Virus record (IMG/VR): IMGVR_UViG_3300045988_181755
Span: 12,369 to 44,368 of that record
Origin: a virus
Length of the DNA: 32,000 nt
Direction: 5' to 3' (one strand)
The notes under the pieces were generated by a model. That model worked only from the letters and a program-made list of their open reading frames with translations, was not told where the DNA came from and did no database searches. Every line of letters begins with the position of its first letter. Position 1 is the first letter of the stretch. Position numbers and translations under genes: made by a program. Below, piece by piece: positions 9,830 to 17,933 of this stretch.

Positions 9830-10711
9830 TCATCCATTGCTACAGTCACCAAACAGCAAATTATATGCTTTTTCGATTTCAGAATCAGACATGGCCTTCC
9901 CTTTTTCTTCAATGCTGTGCAGAATTAGAGTCTTGTCGCTCTCCGCATCCGGCACGAAGCCAAGAATCACATCCAGCTTGTTGCGATTCTCGTCCTGTGC
10001 AAGATACTCTTTGATTTCGGACCACTGCGCATCACGCTGGTTCAGAGCGTCAACGTTCTGGACACAGAACGGGTACTCACTTTGCGGCATAGCACCGGAA
10101 AGGTATTTGGTATCGTCGCAATACATCTTGATAAGCCGGACAATGTAGTTCCTTTCCGCTTTGGTTCTTGAAGTCAGAATATTGTTTGTACTCTGGTATT
10201 TGTAGTTATTTCCAACAGCTTCCAGTGACTCTGCAATCTGCCGGAAACTCAGCATTTCGTTTGTGGCCTTGTCATGCTGCGACACGGTGGAAGCATAGTA
10301 TCCTTGTTCCGTTTCGTTTGCTTCTACCACGGCAGCGAGATTCGAGTCAATATGGATGAGCCGTTCACTGTTATCCCCTTGCGCACGAATTGTGTTGTTC
10401 ACTTTCGCAATCCAACTGTCAGTTTCCGTAGCATCATCGCCCGCATAGAGATAGGTTACAATATCCGGGTTAGTAGGGTTCGGAAGCTCCGCACAAGCCA
10501 AGGTCAGATTCCGTCCGTATTCTTTTGCCTGGAGATACATGTTCGGATAATCGTCTTGTATTGTCTGAGCGATTGCCTCAACCTCGGCCTCGTCTTTTTC
10601 AATGACAAGGCCGACAGTGGCTACCTGCTCTTCAATGTTGAACTGCTTCAAAATATCCTCGAGGTCGAATACAATAGCTTCTTTGTTGTTTGTATAGAAT
10701 CGGATTTTCAT
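9830..10711 (-). CDS. hypothetical protein
   Basis: Start MKIRFYTNNKEAIVFDLEDI at 10711 with CCAGGAGG RBS. Confidence 0.8.
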   Translation of the reverse strand: MKIRFYTNNKEAIVFDLEDILKQFNIEEQVATVGLVIEKDEAEVEAIAQTIQDDYPNMYLQAKEYGRNLTLACAELPNPTNPDIVTYLYAGDDATETDSWIAKVNNTIRAQGDNSERLIHIDSNLAAVVEANETEQGYYASTVSQHDKATNEMLSFRQIAESLEAVGNNYKYQSTNNILTSRTKAERNYIVRLIKMYCDDTKYLSGAMPQSEYPFCVQNVDALNQRDAQWSEIKEYLAQDENRNKLDVILGFVPDAESDKTLILHSIEEKGKAMSDSEIEKAYNLLFGDCSNG

Positions 10712-10742
10712 AGATTTTCCTCCTGGCAACAATAAAAAAGGC

Positions 10743-10769
10743 AGGCCCTCGGTTGGAAGGTCTGCCAAA
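10743..10769 (-). terminator. attenuator-like hairpin immediately upstream of RBS
   Basis: GGCAGACCTTCC-aac-CGAGGGCCTGCC-TTTTTT, then CCAGGAGG..ATG of the 10711 gene. Confidence 0.75.
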
Positions 10770-10797
10770 AAACAGTTTGAGAATTGCAAAAAGGTCA

Positions 10798-10995
10798 TTA
10801 TGCGGCTTTGATTGCTGCGTTAATCACCGTATACGCAATATCCAGAAGCCGAAACGCAAGGACTTCAAAAGATAATGCTACCAGCAAAAAGCAAAACACA
10901 AATTTTTGTTTGTTCTCACCCTGGAAATAGTACATTCCAAAGCAGGACGCGATGAGAACGCAGAGAAACACAACGACCCAGATAATATCAGCCAT
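10798..10995 (-). CDS. small membrane protein, hypothetical
   Basis: MADIIWVVVFLCVLIASCFGMYYFQGENKQKFVFCFLLVALSFEVLAFRLLDIAYTVINAAIKAA; overlaps the stop of the upstream gene. Confidence 0.65.
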   Translation of the reverse strand: MADIIWVVVFLCVLIASCFGMYYFQGENKQKFVFCFLLVALSFEVLAFRLLDIAYTVINAAIKAA

Positions 10996-11605
10996 TGTCC
11001 TGATTTTGATTCTGCTGAGTCGGCTGGGTCTTGACTTCAGCAGGAGCATTCGGAGTCTGATACTGAACATTCTGGCTCGGCTCTTTGGAAGTTTCGGGGG
11101 CCTGGTACTGAACAGTACTGGGGTTGTTCTGCTGTTCGGCTTTCTTTTCCTCATATTTGGTCTTGAGCTGAGAATAGGAATAGCCATCCTGCGGGATACC
11201 GTGATACTCATAATGGCCGAAAGCAAGAATCATGTTGAACACCGGATTCAGAAGGCAAAGACCAATCGTGAAACCAATACCTTCACCGAACGCAACAGCT
11301 TTCTTGTAGTTGGTAATAGCACCGATGATGAGGGCAACAACCAGGAACAGATTGCCGAGCAGCGGGATGCCAGACAAAAGGCTCAGCAAGACCGGAATCA
11401 GAAACAACCAGCCGTTCCCCCAGTAAATGTTGAATTCGATGTAGTTGCTGTAGAACGGGACGATGGATGCCCAGCCAGGCTGCCCGGCCTTCTCAAAAAT
11501 TTTCCAATTGGCGACGATTTTGAGCACAAAATACGCCACTACCAAAAGAATCACCGTGTAGAGCATTCCGCCCAAAAGATTCAATGCGCTGTAAGAATTA
11601 TACAT
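10988..11605 (-). CDS. multi-TM membrane protein, possibly DUF5684-like, Gln/Pro/Asn-rich C-terminus
   Basis: 205 aa; ENLKIFEKAGQPGWASIVPFYSNYIEFNIYWG-type motif (here WKIFEKAGQPGWASIVPFYSNY), GFTIGLCLLNPVFNMILAFG. Confidence 0.75.
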   Translation of the reverse strand: MYNSYSALNLLGGMLYTVILLVVAYFVLKIVANWKIFEKAGQPGWASIVPFYSNYIEFNIYWGNGWLFLIPVLLSLLSGIPLLGNLFLVVALIIGAITNYKKAVAFGEGIGFTIGLCLLNPVFNMILAFGHYEYHGIPQDGYSYSQLKTKYEEKKAEQQNNPSTVQYQAPETSKEPSQNVQYQTPNAPAEVKTQPTQQNQNQDNG

Positions 11606-11639
11606 TTTATATCCTCCTCTTCCGGCATATGAAGCCGGA

Positions 11640-11981
11640 TTATTCCTTCACTAAGTTCTTTGCCTGTCGCTGCCGCTCTGCAAGTTCTTTGCCGCGTCTG
11701 ACCAGTTCCGCATATTGCTCTTCGGTCAGCTTGCGAGGCGGCTTGATTTTGACCCATTTCTTGGGCATATCTGCCTCCATACACCAGCCCTCATCCCGCG
11801 TGATTTTAACAGCATCAGGGTACTCTTTGGCAAGCTCTTTTAGCTGTTCCATACGAGCTTTGTTGCAGGTGTAGTAGGATGCTTTTTTCTCCGCGTCATT
11901 GAATGTGATGATGGTTTCGCGTTCCCAGGGTCCATCAGATGCCTGCGTGGCCACTTTTTTATCGGGCATGATTTTTCTCAC
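11640..11981 (-). CDS. hypothetical protein
   Basis: 113 aa; contains ELAKEYPDAVKITRDEGWCMEADMPKKWVKIKPPRKLTEEQ. Confidence 0.7.
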   Translation of the reverse strand: MRKIMPDKKVATQASDGPWERETIITFNDAEKKASYYTCNKARMEQLKELAKEYPDAVKITRDEGWCMEADMPKKWVKIKPPRKLTEEQYAELVRRGKELAERQRQAKNLVKE

Positions 11982-11982
11982 C

Positions 11983-12198
11983 TCAATCGAATAAAATTGC
12001 CGACATAGCAGGGCCTTCGCAGATATACCCGCTCGCCTCGGCCCATTTCGGCGTCATGAGCTTGCCATTTGCTTTCACAAGCACCATCTTCCGAGCAGAG
12101 GTATTCAGAAATTCCGCCGGAGCCCAGTTATTTCGCACAACGACGATAGCATTGTCGTCCGCGTTCTCAAGCATATGCTTCAGCTCTTTTACCGTCAC
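11983..12198 (-). CDS. hypothetical protein
   Basis: 71 aa, coupled to neighbouring genes, MTVKELKHMLENADDNAIVVVRNN. Confidence 0.65.
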   Translation of the reverse strand: MTVKELKHMLENADDNAIVVVRNNWAPAEFLNTSARKMVLVKANGKLMTPKWAEASGYICEGPAMSAILFD

Positions 12199-12202
12199 CG
12201 TG

Positions 12203-12499
12203 TCACCTCCCGTTCAACACATCATCCAGTGCCTGCAAGAAAGCTCTGGATTCCTCATTGATTCCGCCGCGACACAGAACTTTCGCAATATCATCAAATC
12301 CTACCAGGTACATGTTTTCTTCGCCCATGTACCCCTGCGGCCAGGGAACCGCGTAGTAGTTGTGTGGAACAGCACTGGTATCGTAACCCACTACAATATA
12401 TTTCTGGTCTGCAACATTTTTCACCGTCAGGATAGTGCCAAGTGGCAAAGCATCCTTCATAGAATGAGCAGTTGCAGGCACGATTCTCTGAATTTTCAA
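12203..12499 (-). CDS. DUF4176-like protein
   Basis: 98 aa; LPLGTILTVKNVADQKYIVVGYD..PWPQGYMGEENMYLVGFDDIAKVL matches the remembered DUF4176 pattern. Confidence 0.55.
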   Translation of the reverse strand: MKIQRIVPATAHSMKDALPLGTILTVKNVADQKYIVVGYDTSAVPHNYYAVPWPQGYMGEENMYLVGFDDIAKVLCRGGINEESRAFLQALDDVLNGR

Positions 12500-12520
12500 A
12501 ACAGCACCTCCCTAATTTCT

Positions 12521-12548
12521 ATTTTAAGAGAGTCGCACATTTGTGCAA
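12521..12548 (-). promoter_or_regulatory. promoter TTGCAC-N16-TAAAAT with TGCGAC in spacer
   Basis: GTTGCACAAATGTGCGACTCTCTTAAAATAG just upstream of the 12499 gene. Confidence 0.7.
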
Positions 12549-12572
12549 CAAAACTAAAAAACAAAAAAGCGG

Positions 12573-12600
12573 CCGCTCCAAAAGGAACGACCGCAAAGAT
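12573..12600 (-). terminator. intrinsic terminator
   Basis: GCGGTCGTTCC-TTTT-GGAGCGGCCGC-TTTTTT. Confidence 0.8.
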
Positions 12601-12866
12601 ACGAGTCAGATATTATTCATGGGAATCAGCTTTCCTGAAATCTGAAAGTTGATTCTCAGTGGAACACTGCACTGATGAGGTTTCCGTACGATGATTTACA
12701 AAAATACCTGAGGTCGCAAACGCATTGCCATAATCCATAAATTTTGTGCGCAGGGTACACCGTCTATAGTCGCTTGCGACTTAGGCGGCGAAGAATGCGC
12801 TGACTAAGAGTATATTTGAGGTACACTCAGTAAATGCAAATACCCTATGTCTCCTTTCTTGAGTTT

Positions 12867-14264
12867 TTAAGATACTTTATCCCACGCAGAGCGCATGGGG
12901 CTTATCGTTTTAATAATTTTCAACTTTTTAAGGCTTACGGATTTTTTACCACTTTTTGATGGGGTTTTGAATTTTACGTTTACAGAACCATTCTTTTTGG
13001 TATGAGTGCCATGGACAGTAAGAATTTCCCCGTTGAGAGAAACCAAATCACCGGGATTGAGGGCTACTTTCTTGCGACGTAGCGCACGATAGCCTTTACG
13101 AATCCTTTTTCCACGGTATTTGTGCAAATTTTCAGAATCCTTTTTATGGTTACGGTTAATTCTGCCGTTGAAGAGCTCTTTGCCACTTGCCACTTCACCA
13201 GTGCGAATGTTAATATACCGCGAGTCGTAAAACTTTTCGAGAATGCGGTTATTGCGTTTCATCTTTTCATAATGTTCAAATGCGCAGCGGTCAACTGGAT
13301 GAAAGCTTCCCATTGCATACGCATCGTTGTTATGACTCTTTTCAAGATGAAGGGCAATTCGCTTTTCCTTGGTCATCGCGCCATAAGTGAATGTGACGAA
13401 CGGCTTTCCAAAAGCAGCGTAAAGTTCATTAACGATTTGCCAGCGCACAGTGTTCATAAATGCTGCACCAGAAAGGTTGGCGAACTTTATATCTTCACTG
13501 AATCCGTAGAGCTTGCCACCTTTTTGATGGTTAGCTGGCGTATGGCACTTCTCGCATACGGTTACAAGCTCGCTGAGACTATTGCCATGGCGGCCCTTCC
13601 AATAAAACATGTGATGCACGTGCAAAATTGCACCTTCATTAGCTTTGCGCCCACAAACCTGGCAAGTGTAGTTATCCCGATAGAATACCGCCTCCCGCAA
13701 AGTTGCCAACTTGTAGCGGGGGCCTTTTTGATAACCTGCACCTTCTGGTGTGGTTTTGCCTTCCTCGATTGCTTTTACGAGCATTGTGTCAAAAGAACCA
13801 ACCTCAACAATTGCATGCGTAACAGGCATTACTTCGCAATACATCTTAACAACGTTGACATTGAGTTCTTTCTTATGTCTCAAAGATGGAGCAAGCCAAC
13901 CCTCGCCGCGTTTGCGATTATCGAAACGCGGTTTACGGTAACGCAGTCTGTTTCTGCGGGTGCGGCGCATTCTACGACAATCATCGTGGCAGTCTTTCTC
14001 ATCCTGTAATGTATCATACTGGGCAGACACATATTCGTGAGATTCGCTTTTCACACTGATGCCGATGTAGTTGTATCCAACATCCTCGCAGATTTCGATA
14101 GGCTGCGTGTTTGTTTTGCTGTCATACAGTAACTGAATAGTAAATGGATGATGCTTAACAATTTTTGCTTTTCCGTCTTTCAGAAGATGGCGCACCTTGC
14201 CAAGACGGATAGTCGGCATCAGGCGTTCGCCATTCTTACTGAGAACACAAACACAAGTGCTCAT
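12867..14264 (-). CDS. iscB: IscB-family OMEGA nuclease, copy 2 (divergent)
   Basis: MSTCVCVLSKNGERLMPTIRLGKVRHLLKDGKAKIVKHHPFTIQLLY (PLMP-like), RuvC-I ICEDVGYNYIGISV, Arg-rich bridge RRMRRTRRNRLRYRKPRFDNRKR, RuvC-II AIVEVGSFDTM, HNH CQVCGRKANEGAILHVHHMFYWKGRHGNSLSELVTVCEKCH, RuvC-III SHNNDAYAMGSF. Start ATG at 14264 (RBS AAAGGAG) preferred over GTG at 14273. Confidence 0.93.
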   Translation of the reverse strand: MSTCVCVLSKNGERLMPTIRLGKVRHLLKDGKAKIVKHHPFTIQLLYDSKTNTQPIEICEDVGYNYIGISVKSESHEYVSAQYDTLQDEKDCHDDCRRMRRTRRNRLRYRKPRFDNRKRGEGWLAPSLRHKKELNVNVVKMYCEVMPVTHAIVEVGSFDTMLVKAIEEGKTTPEGAGYQKGPRYKLATLREAVFYRDNYTCQVCGRKANEGAILHVHHMFYWKGRHGNSLSELVTVCEKCHTPANHQKGGKLYGFSEDIKFANLSGAAFMNTVRWQIVNELYAAFGKPFVTFTYGAMTKEKRIALHLEKSHNNDAYAMGSFHPVDRCAFEHYEKMKRNNRILEKFYDSRYINIRTGEVASGKELFNGRINRNHKKDSENLHKYRGKRIRKGYRALRRKKVALNPGDLVSLNGEILTVHGTHTKKNGSVNVKFKTPSKSGKKSVSLKKLKIIKTISPMRSAWDKVS

Positions 14265-14284
14265 GCAAGGCACTCCTTTCGTAA

Positions 14285-14470
14285 ATAATGAATCAATAAG
14301 TCAGGGCTTGCGCCCTGTGGTCCACATCGCCAATGTTGTTGTACTGTTTTACCTTTCGGTATGATGTTTGCACGTCTCCTACCCTCAGAGATTTTTAACA
14401 AACATCCGCAGAGCTCACCACTTGTGGAGCATGAGTAAGGTGCCTATATTATTAGTACACAACGTAGTTT
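14285..14470 (-). ncRNA. putative IscB omegaRNA upstream of iscB copy 2
   Basis: CAGGGC-GCAA-GCCCTG (14302-14317), ACC-GAAA-GGT (14351-14360), long-range GATGTTTG/CAAACATC stem (14363-14370 with 14399-14406), continuing into structured sequence to about 14565. Confidence 0.55.
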
Positions 14471-14529
14471 CCTGCCGCCGGAGCAGCAGACTTAGGCTAA
14501 TTAACCGGGCTTACGGGTTGCCCCGCAAG

Positions 14530-14564
14530 CCCCGTCTATAACCAGCGGACTGGTTAAGGCGGGG
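14530..14564. repeat. IS200/IS605-like hairpin
   Basis: CCCCGTCTATAACCAG-CGGA-CTGGTTAAGGCGGGG; partner of the 8389-8419 hairpin. Confidence 0.5.
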
Positions 14565-14636
14565 GTGTTGACGCAAACCAATCCGATTCATCCTTGCCCT
14601 GCTCACCATAAAGATGAATAACAGGTGCCGGAATAA

Positions 14637-14708
14637 TCAAAGCACGATACTCGTGCGTTTTGCGCTGTTGTACAGCTTGTACTTGTAAGTTTTAACAACC
14701 ATGCGCAT
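14637..14708 (-). pseudogene. truncated TnpB-like N-terminus (23 aa)
   Basis: RBS AAAGGAGGACGC then MRMVVKTYKYKLYNSAKRTSIVL*; (V)KTYKYRLY is the canonical TnpB/OrfB start. Confidence 0.5.
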
Positions 14709-14744
14709 AAATAGCGTCCTCCTTTCATTTGAGCTCTACTATTC

Positions 14745-14772
14745 ATGATAGGCAATTCGCAAGCTCGGGCAA
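14745..14772 (-). promoter_or_regulatory. promoter TTGCCC-N16-TATCAT with TGCGAA in spacer
   Basis: Upstream of the TnpB-like fragment; same architecture as other promoters. Confidence 0.6.
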
Positions 14773-14775
14773 CAA

Positions 14776-14800
14776 AAAAGCTGCCTATCCGAAGATAGAC
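14776..14800 (-). terminator. intrinsic terminator
   Basis: GCTGTCTATC-TTCG-GATAGGCAGC-TTTTTT. Confidence 0.8.
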
Positions 14801-14831
14801 AGCAACTATTTTTTACTTAGACACCTTTCAC

Positions 14832-14851
14832 CCCACGGTTGAAACCGTGGG
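14832..14851 (-). repeat. hairpin typical of IS605/TnpB right ends (reRNA-like)
   Basis: CCCACGGTTTCAACCGTGGG in context GAAGGCCGGGAAAGCCCACGGTTTCAACCGTGGGGTGAAAGGTGTC. Confidence 0.5.
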
Positions 14852-14891
14852 CTTTCCCGGCCTTCATTTTGTAAAAGTCAGGAACTATGGC

Positions 14892-15428
14892 TTACTTTTC
14901 CTCCTTTTTCTTGTCGGCGTTCAGAATCTTTTCCAGAACGTCGTTATAAAAATCGTCAAGGAACAGACCGGTTTCTTCATCCGCTTCCGGAGCAGTGAAA
15001 GCACCGTCTCCTTCAGCTGAATCCTGTACAGCGTCGAAGACACCGATTGTGCCCCAAAGCTCATCGGCCAGATGGTCATAGCCGAGGTCCTTTACTTTTG
15101 CCGAGAGGTCAATCAGCAGCATTTTCTGCCGAAAGAACTTGTTCATATCCAGGCCAATGTAGGGTTTTGCTGCGGTATTGCTTTTCTGAGACTTTACTTT
15201 GAAAATACCCCAGTCAAAATTGCTGTCTGCGCCGTACATATACCCGGATGCGAGGCAGAAACCTTCAGCAGCACTGTCCTCAACGTTGATACCGACTTCA
15301 TAATCGATGCCGGAATCTTCATCCAGGTTAATCGCAGAGCCTGTTGCCTTTTCGTACTCTGCCTCAATGTCAGCTTTCATGGCTGCCAGCAGGGCGTTGA
15401 AATCGGTGTTCTGGGAAAGCAGATTCAT
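14892..15428 (-). CDS. hypothetical acidic protein
   Basis: Start MNLLSQNTDFNALLAAMKADIEAEYEKATGSAINLDED; C-terminal KKEEK. Confidence 0.7.
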   Translation of the reverse strand: MNLLSQNTDFNALLAAMKADIEAEYEKATGSAINLDEDSGIDYEVGINVEDSAAEGFCLASGYMYGADSNFDWGIFKVKSQKSNTAAKPYIGLDMNKFFRQKMLLIDLSAKVKDLGYDHLADELWGTIGVFDAVQDSAEGDGAFTAPEADEETGLFLDDFYNDVLEKILNADKKKEEK

Positions 15429-15483
15429 GTTTTCGCCTTCCTGGTTTTTAATGAGAATGTACATAGTATTTACCTCCTAACAA

Positions 15484-15723
15484 TCAAATCATGCTATCAG
15501 ACAATTTGTCGATAGCTGCCGTGATGGCTTCGTTTTCCATCTGAGCAATACGCTCAAACAGATGAGACCAGTCGATGGCATCATAGACACGCTTGACAAA
15601 CGCATCATAGGTGCCACCGGCCTTCATCATTTCAATTTCCGATTCGTAGCAACCGGATTCCTCCAGCTGGTGCTGTATGTCATCGATGGGGTTTAACTCG
15701 ATGGTTGGTACAGTTTTGTTCAT
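15484..15723 (-). CDS. hypothetical protein
   Basis: 79 aa, RBS AAAAGGAG; begins just after the L3 terminator hairpin. Confidence 0.7.
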   Translation of the reverse strand: MNKTVPTIELNPIDDIQHQLEESGCYESEIEMMKAGGTYDAFVKRVYDAIDWSHLFERIAQMENEAITAAIDKLSDSMI

Positions 15724-15752
15724 GATACAAACTCCTTTTGCGTTTTGGACGC

Positions 15753-15892
15753 AAAAAGAGCGGGCCTCTCAGAATTGAGAAGTCCGCCCTTTAAGCGAAA
15801 TTGTAAATTGTACGAAAGGCATGAAGCCTATTCGATTTGGAATGATATCTATCGTACAATTACTATTCTATGCCGTTCGCACATTTAGGCAA
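15753..15892 (-). promoter_or_regulatory. repeated leader module (copy L3)
   Basis: TTGCCT-N16-TAGAAT (15865-15892); TTGTACGATAGATATCATT..AGGCTTCATGCCT..TCGTACAA; GGCGGACTTCTC..GAGAGGCCCGCT-TTTT. Confidence 0.8.
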
Positions 15893-16008
15893 GTAAAAAA
15901 ATACCGCCTACCTTGCGGTAAGCGGCTATAATTAGTATTTGCAGTTTTGGATTTCAGAAGGTTGAGAAAACCTCATCCGCCGTCTGTGCGATAATTTTTT
16001 ACAGTTGT

Positions 16009-16710
16009 TTACTTAACCAAAAGGTCAATTGCGATGTAGTTTTCCGGATGTTTGCTGATGTCATCCTGAATTTCTCGGTTAGGGAACGTTTGCATATATC
16101 CGTCCTTGAACCCAACCGCAAAACTCTCCAAAGAAAATTCTCCTGCCAGAATGTCCATGGCGGAAGAAAGGAGCAATGTCGAGCCTTTTCCATAAAGATT
16201 CTGCATCATATCCAGTGTCAGCGTATGAGAATCCGCACCCGCAAGGCAAATGAGATTCCAAGCTGTATTCATCTGCATTTCGTCAATACGAGCAGCGAAG
16301 TCCCTCATCTTTTTCGCCTCAAAAGCACCAAAGATGATAGTATTTTCGTCGCTCATATCAGGACTGCCGGTGTCGCTGATGTAGTAGGAATCAGGAAGAG
16401 TTTCGGCATTATTGATTGTGTCGCCGATTTCAGTAGCGAGAATGGCGTAGAGTTCTTCCTTGATGATAAGGTATCGCTCATTGTGCAGGACCTCCATCAT
16501 GCCATTTTCAGAGGAAATCTTTTTACAGATTTTTTCTGTCATGTGTTCAGGAACCGCGTCCGCAATAAAATCCACGATATTTGCTTTCAGGCGTTCATTG
16601 TGAGGAACGTCTTCTGCAATTTTTTTGGCAACACGATACATGCAATCCTGAACATCACTGCCAGAAACCTCATCGAAATTGAAAACGAATTTAATGTAAC
16701 TTCCGCTCAT
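16009..16710 (-). CDS. hypothetical protein
   Basis: Likely start MSGSYIKFVFNFDEVSGSDV at 16710. Confidence 0.75.
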   Translation of the reverse strand: MSGSYIKFVFNFDEVSGSDVQDCMYRVAKKIAEDVPHNERLKANIVDFIADAVPEHMTEKICKKISSENGMMEVLHNERYLIIKEELYAILATEIGDTINNAETLPDSYYISDTGSPDMSDENTIIFGAFEAKKMRDFAARIDEMQMNTAWNLICLAGADSHTLTLDMMQNLYGKGSTLLLSSAMDILAGEFSLESFAVGFKDGYMQTFPNREIQDDISKHPENYIAIDLLVK

Positions 16711-16775
16711 TATTTTCCCGTGTCGTGGGATATTCGTGCGACTCTTGAGACAATCTCCATCGCGTTTTTGCAAAC

Positions 16776-16909
16776 AAAAGAGCAGACCCATCGGAATGAT
16801 GAATCTGCTTATTGCTTTACAGGTTGTGAATTGTACAGCAACAAATGTCGCTGAATGAATGATATCTATCATGCAACTATTATTCTATTCCGTTCGCACG
16901 TTTTAGCAA
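16776..16909 (-). promoter_or_regulatory. repeated leader module (copy L4)
   Basis: TTGCTA-N16-TAGAAT (16882-16909); TTGCATGATAGATATCATT, inner stem AGCGAC/GTTGCT, CTGTACAATT; hairpin AGCAGATTCATC..GATGGGTCTGCT-TTT. Confidence 0.75.
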
Positions 16910-17010
16910 GAAGAATCATCGCTTGTTTGCGTAGGCAATAGCAAAATTGCATGTCATCTATCGTACAATAACAACGGCTGATTTGCACAGGAAAAGCATA
17001 TAAAAAAGGG

Positions 17011-17037
17011 CTTCCCTAAAAAAGGAAGCCCCTTGAA
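17011..17037 (-). terminator. intrinsic terminator
   Basis: GGGCTTCC-TTTTTTA-GGGAAGCCC-TTTTTT. Confidence 0.75.
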
Positions 17038-17052
17038 TGTAATTGGTGATAT

Positions 17053-17337
17053 TCAGACGGTTGCGCAAAACTCCGCAAGGCGCTGCCACAACAAGTAGTT
17101 GTCGTAGCTCATACGCACCTTTTCCGGCACACCCGTGACGAGATACCACTTGTGGGCGATGGATTTGATGTGAGAAATACGCTGCTGCTCACGGCGGGTG
17201 AACGTCTGACTATACAGTCTGCGACGGCAACCACTATTCCAGCGAGAGCCTTCCATCGTTTCGCAAATCAGAGCGTACGCCAAATAACTTTGGGCTTCTT
17301 CGTGAGTCAATGTAACCATCGTTTTCATGGCTGTCAC
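17053..17337 (-). CDS. hypothetical protein
   Basis: 94 aa; coupled to the upstream gene. Confidence 0.65.
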   Translation of the reverse strand: MTAMKTMVTLTHEEAQSYLAYALICETMEGSRWNSGCRRRLYSQTFTRREQQRISHIKSIAHKWYLVTGVPEKVRMSYDNYLLWQRLAEFCATV

Positions 17338-17918
17338 CCTGCCTTTCTCTCATTGCGAGCCATGTGCAATGCATAATCAAGAGCATCGGGGTCATCGGCC
17401 AAGAATTTGGCTTCCCGAATCGTACCAAACTTCGGGTGCTTCACGATTGGATATTTATCAAAGACTTCCCGTTCCTGAATGAGCGTGCCATTCTTGTATA
17501 TTACCTCAACGTTATGGGACGGAACCGCGTAATGACGGATGCGGTCACATTCGCCCTTATAGTTGATAGGAGTGATACAGCCGATAGGCTTTCTCTCTTC
17601 CATCCCTGTAACGGTGACTAGAAAAGCCTTAATGGTTCGTGCTTCGTCTTCCATATTTTCATCGTAGTACTTGAATGTATTGAACATCGAAGTACCTACT
17701 TTGTAAGCATCTTCTTCGAGACAAAGATACGTTCCGTTGTAACGGCAGAACCAGAGCATTGGCACTGCTTTTCCAGTTTCCTGTGCTTCTTTTGCATAGC
17801 GCTTGAAAATCTTTATGTCCAGCTTGAAATCCTCGGTGTAATGCTTCACCGTGCTTTTCACGATGAGTTTCAGGAAATCACAGATGGAAATAGCGGTCAT
17901 AGTCATATTGGAAGTCAT
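17334..17918 (-). CDS. hypothetical protein
   Basis: 194 aa, RBS AAAGGAG. Confidence 0.75.
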   Translation of the reverse strand: MTSNMTMTAISICDFLKLIVKSTVKHYTEDFKLDIKIFKRYAKEAQETGKAVPMLWFCRYNGTYLCLEEDAYKVGTSMFNTFKYYDENMEDEARTIKAFLVTVTGMEERKPIGCITPINYKGECDRIRHYAVPSHNVEVIYKNGTLIQEREVFDKYPIVKHPKFGTIREAKFLADDPDALDYALHMARNERKAG

Positions 17919-17933
17919 AATAAAATCTCCTTT

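Noticed and set aside
14010-14130. Apparent loss of the RuvC-I catalytic Asp in IscB copy 2 (IGIS instead of LGID)
   Set aside because: Realignment shows the Asp is three residues before the IG context: ICED-VGYNYIG corresponds to LGID-PGRTNIG of copy 1, so catalytic residues appear intact.
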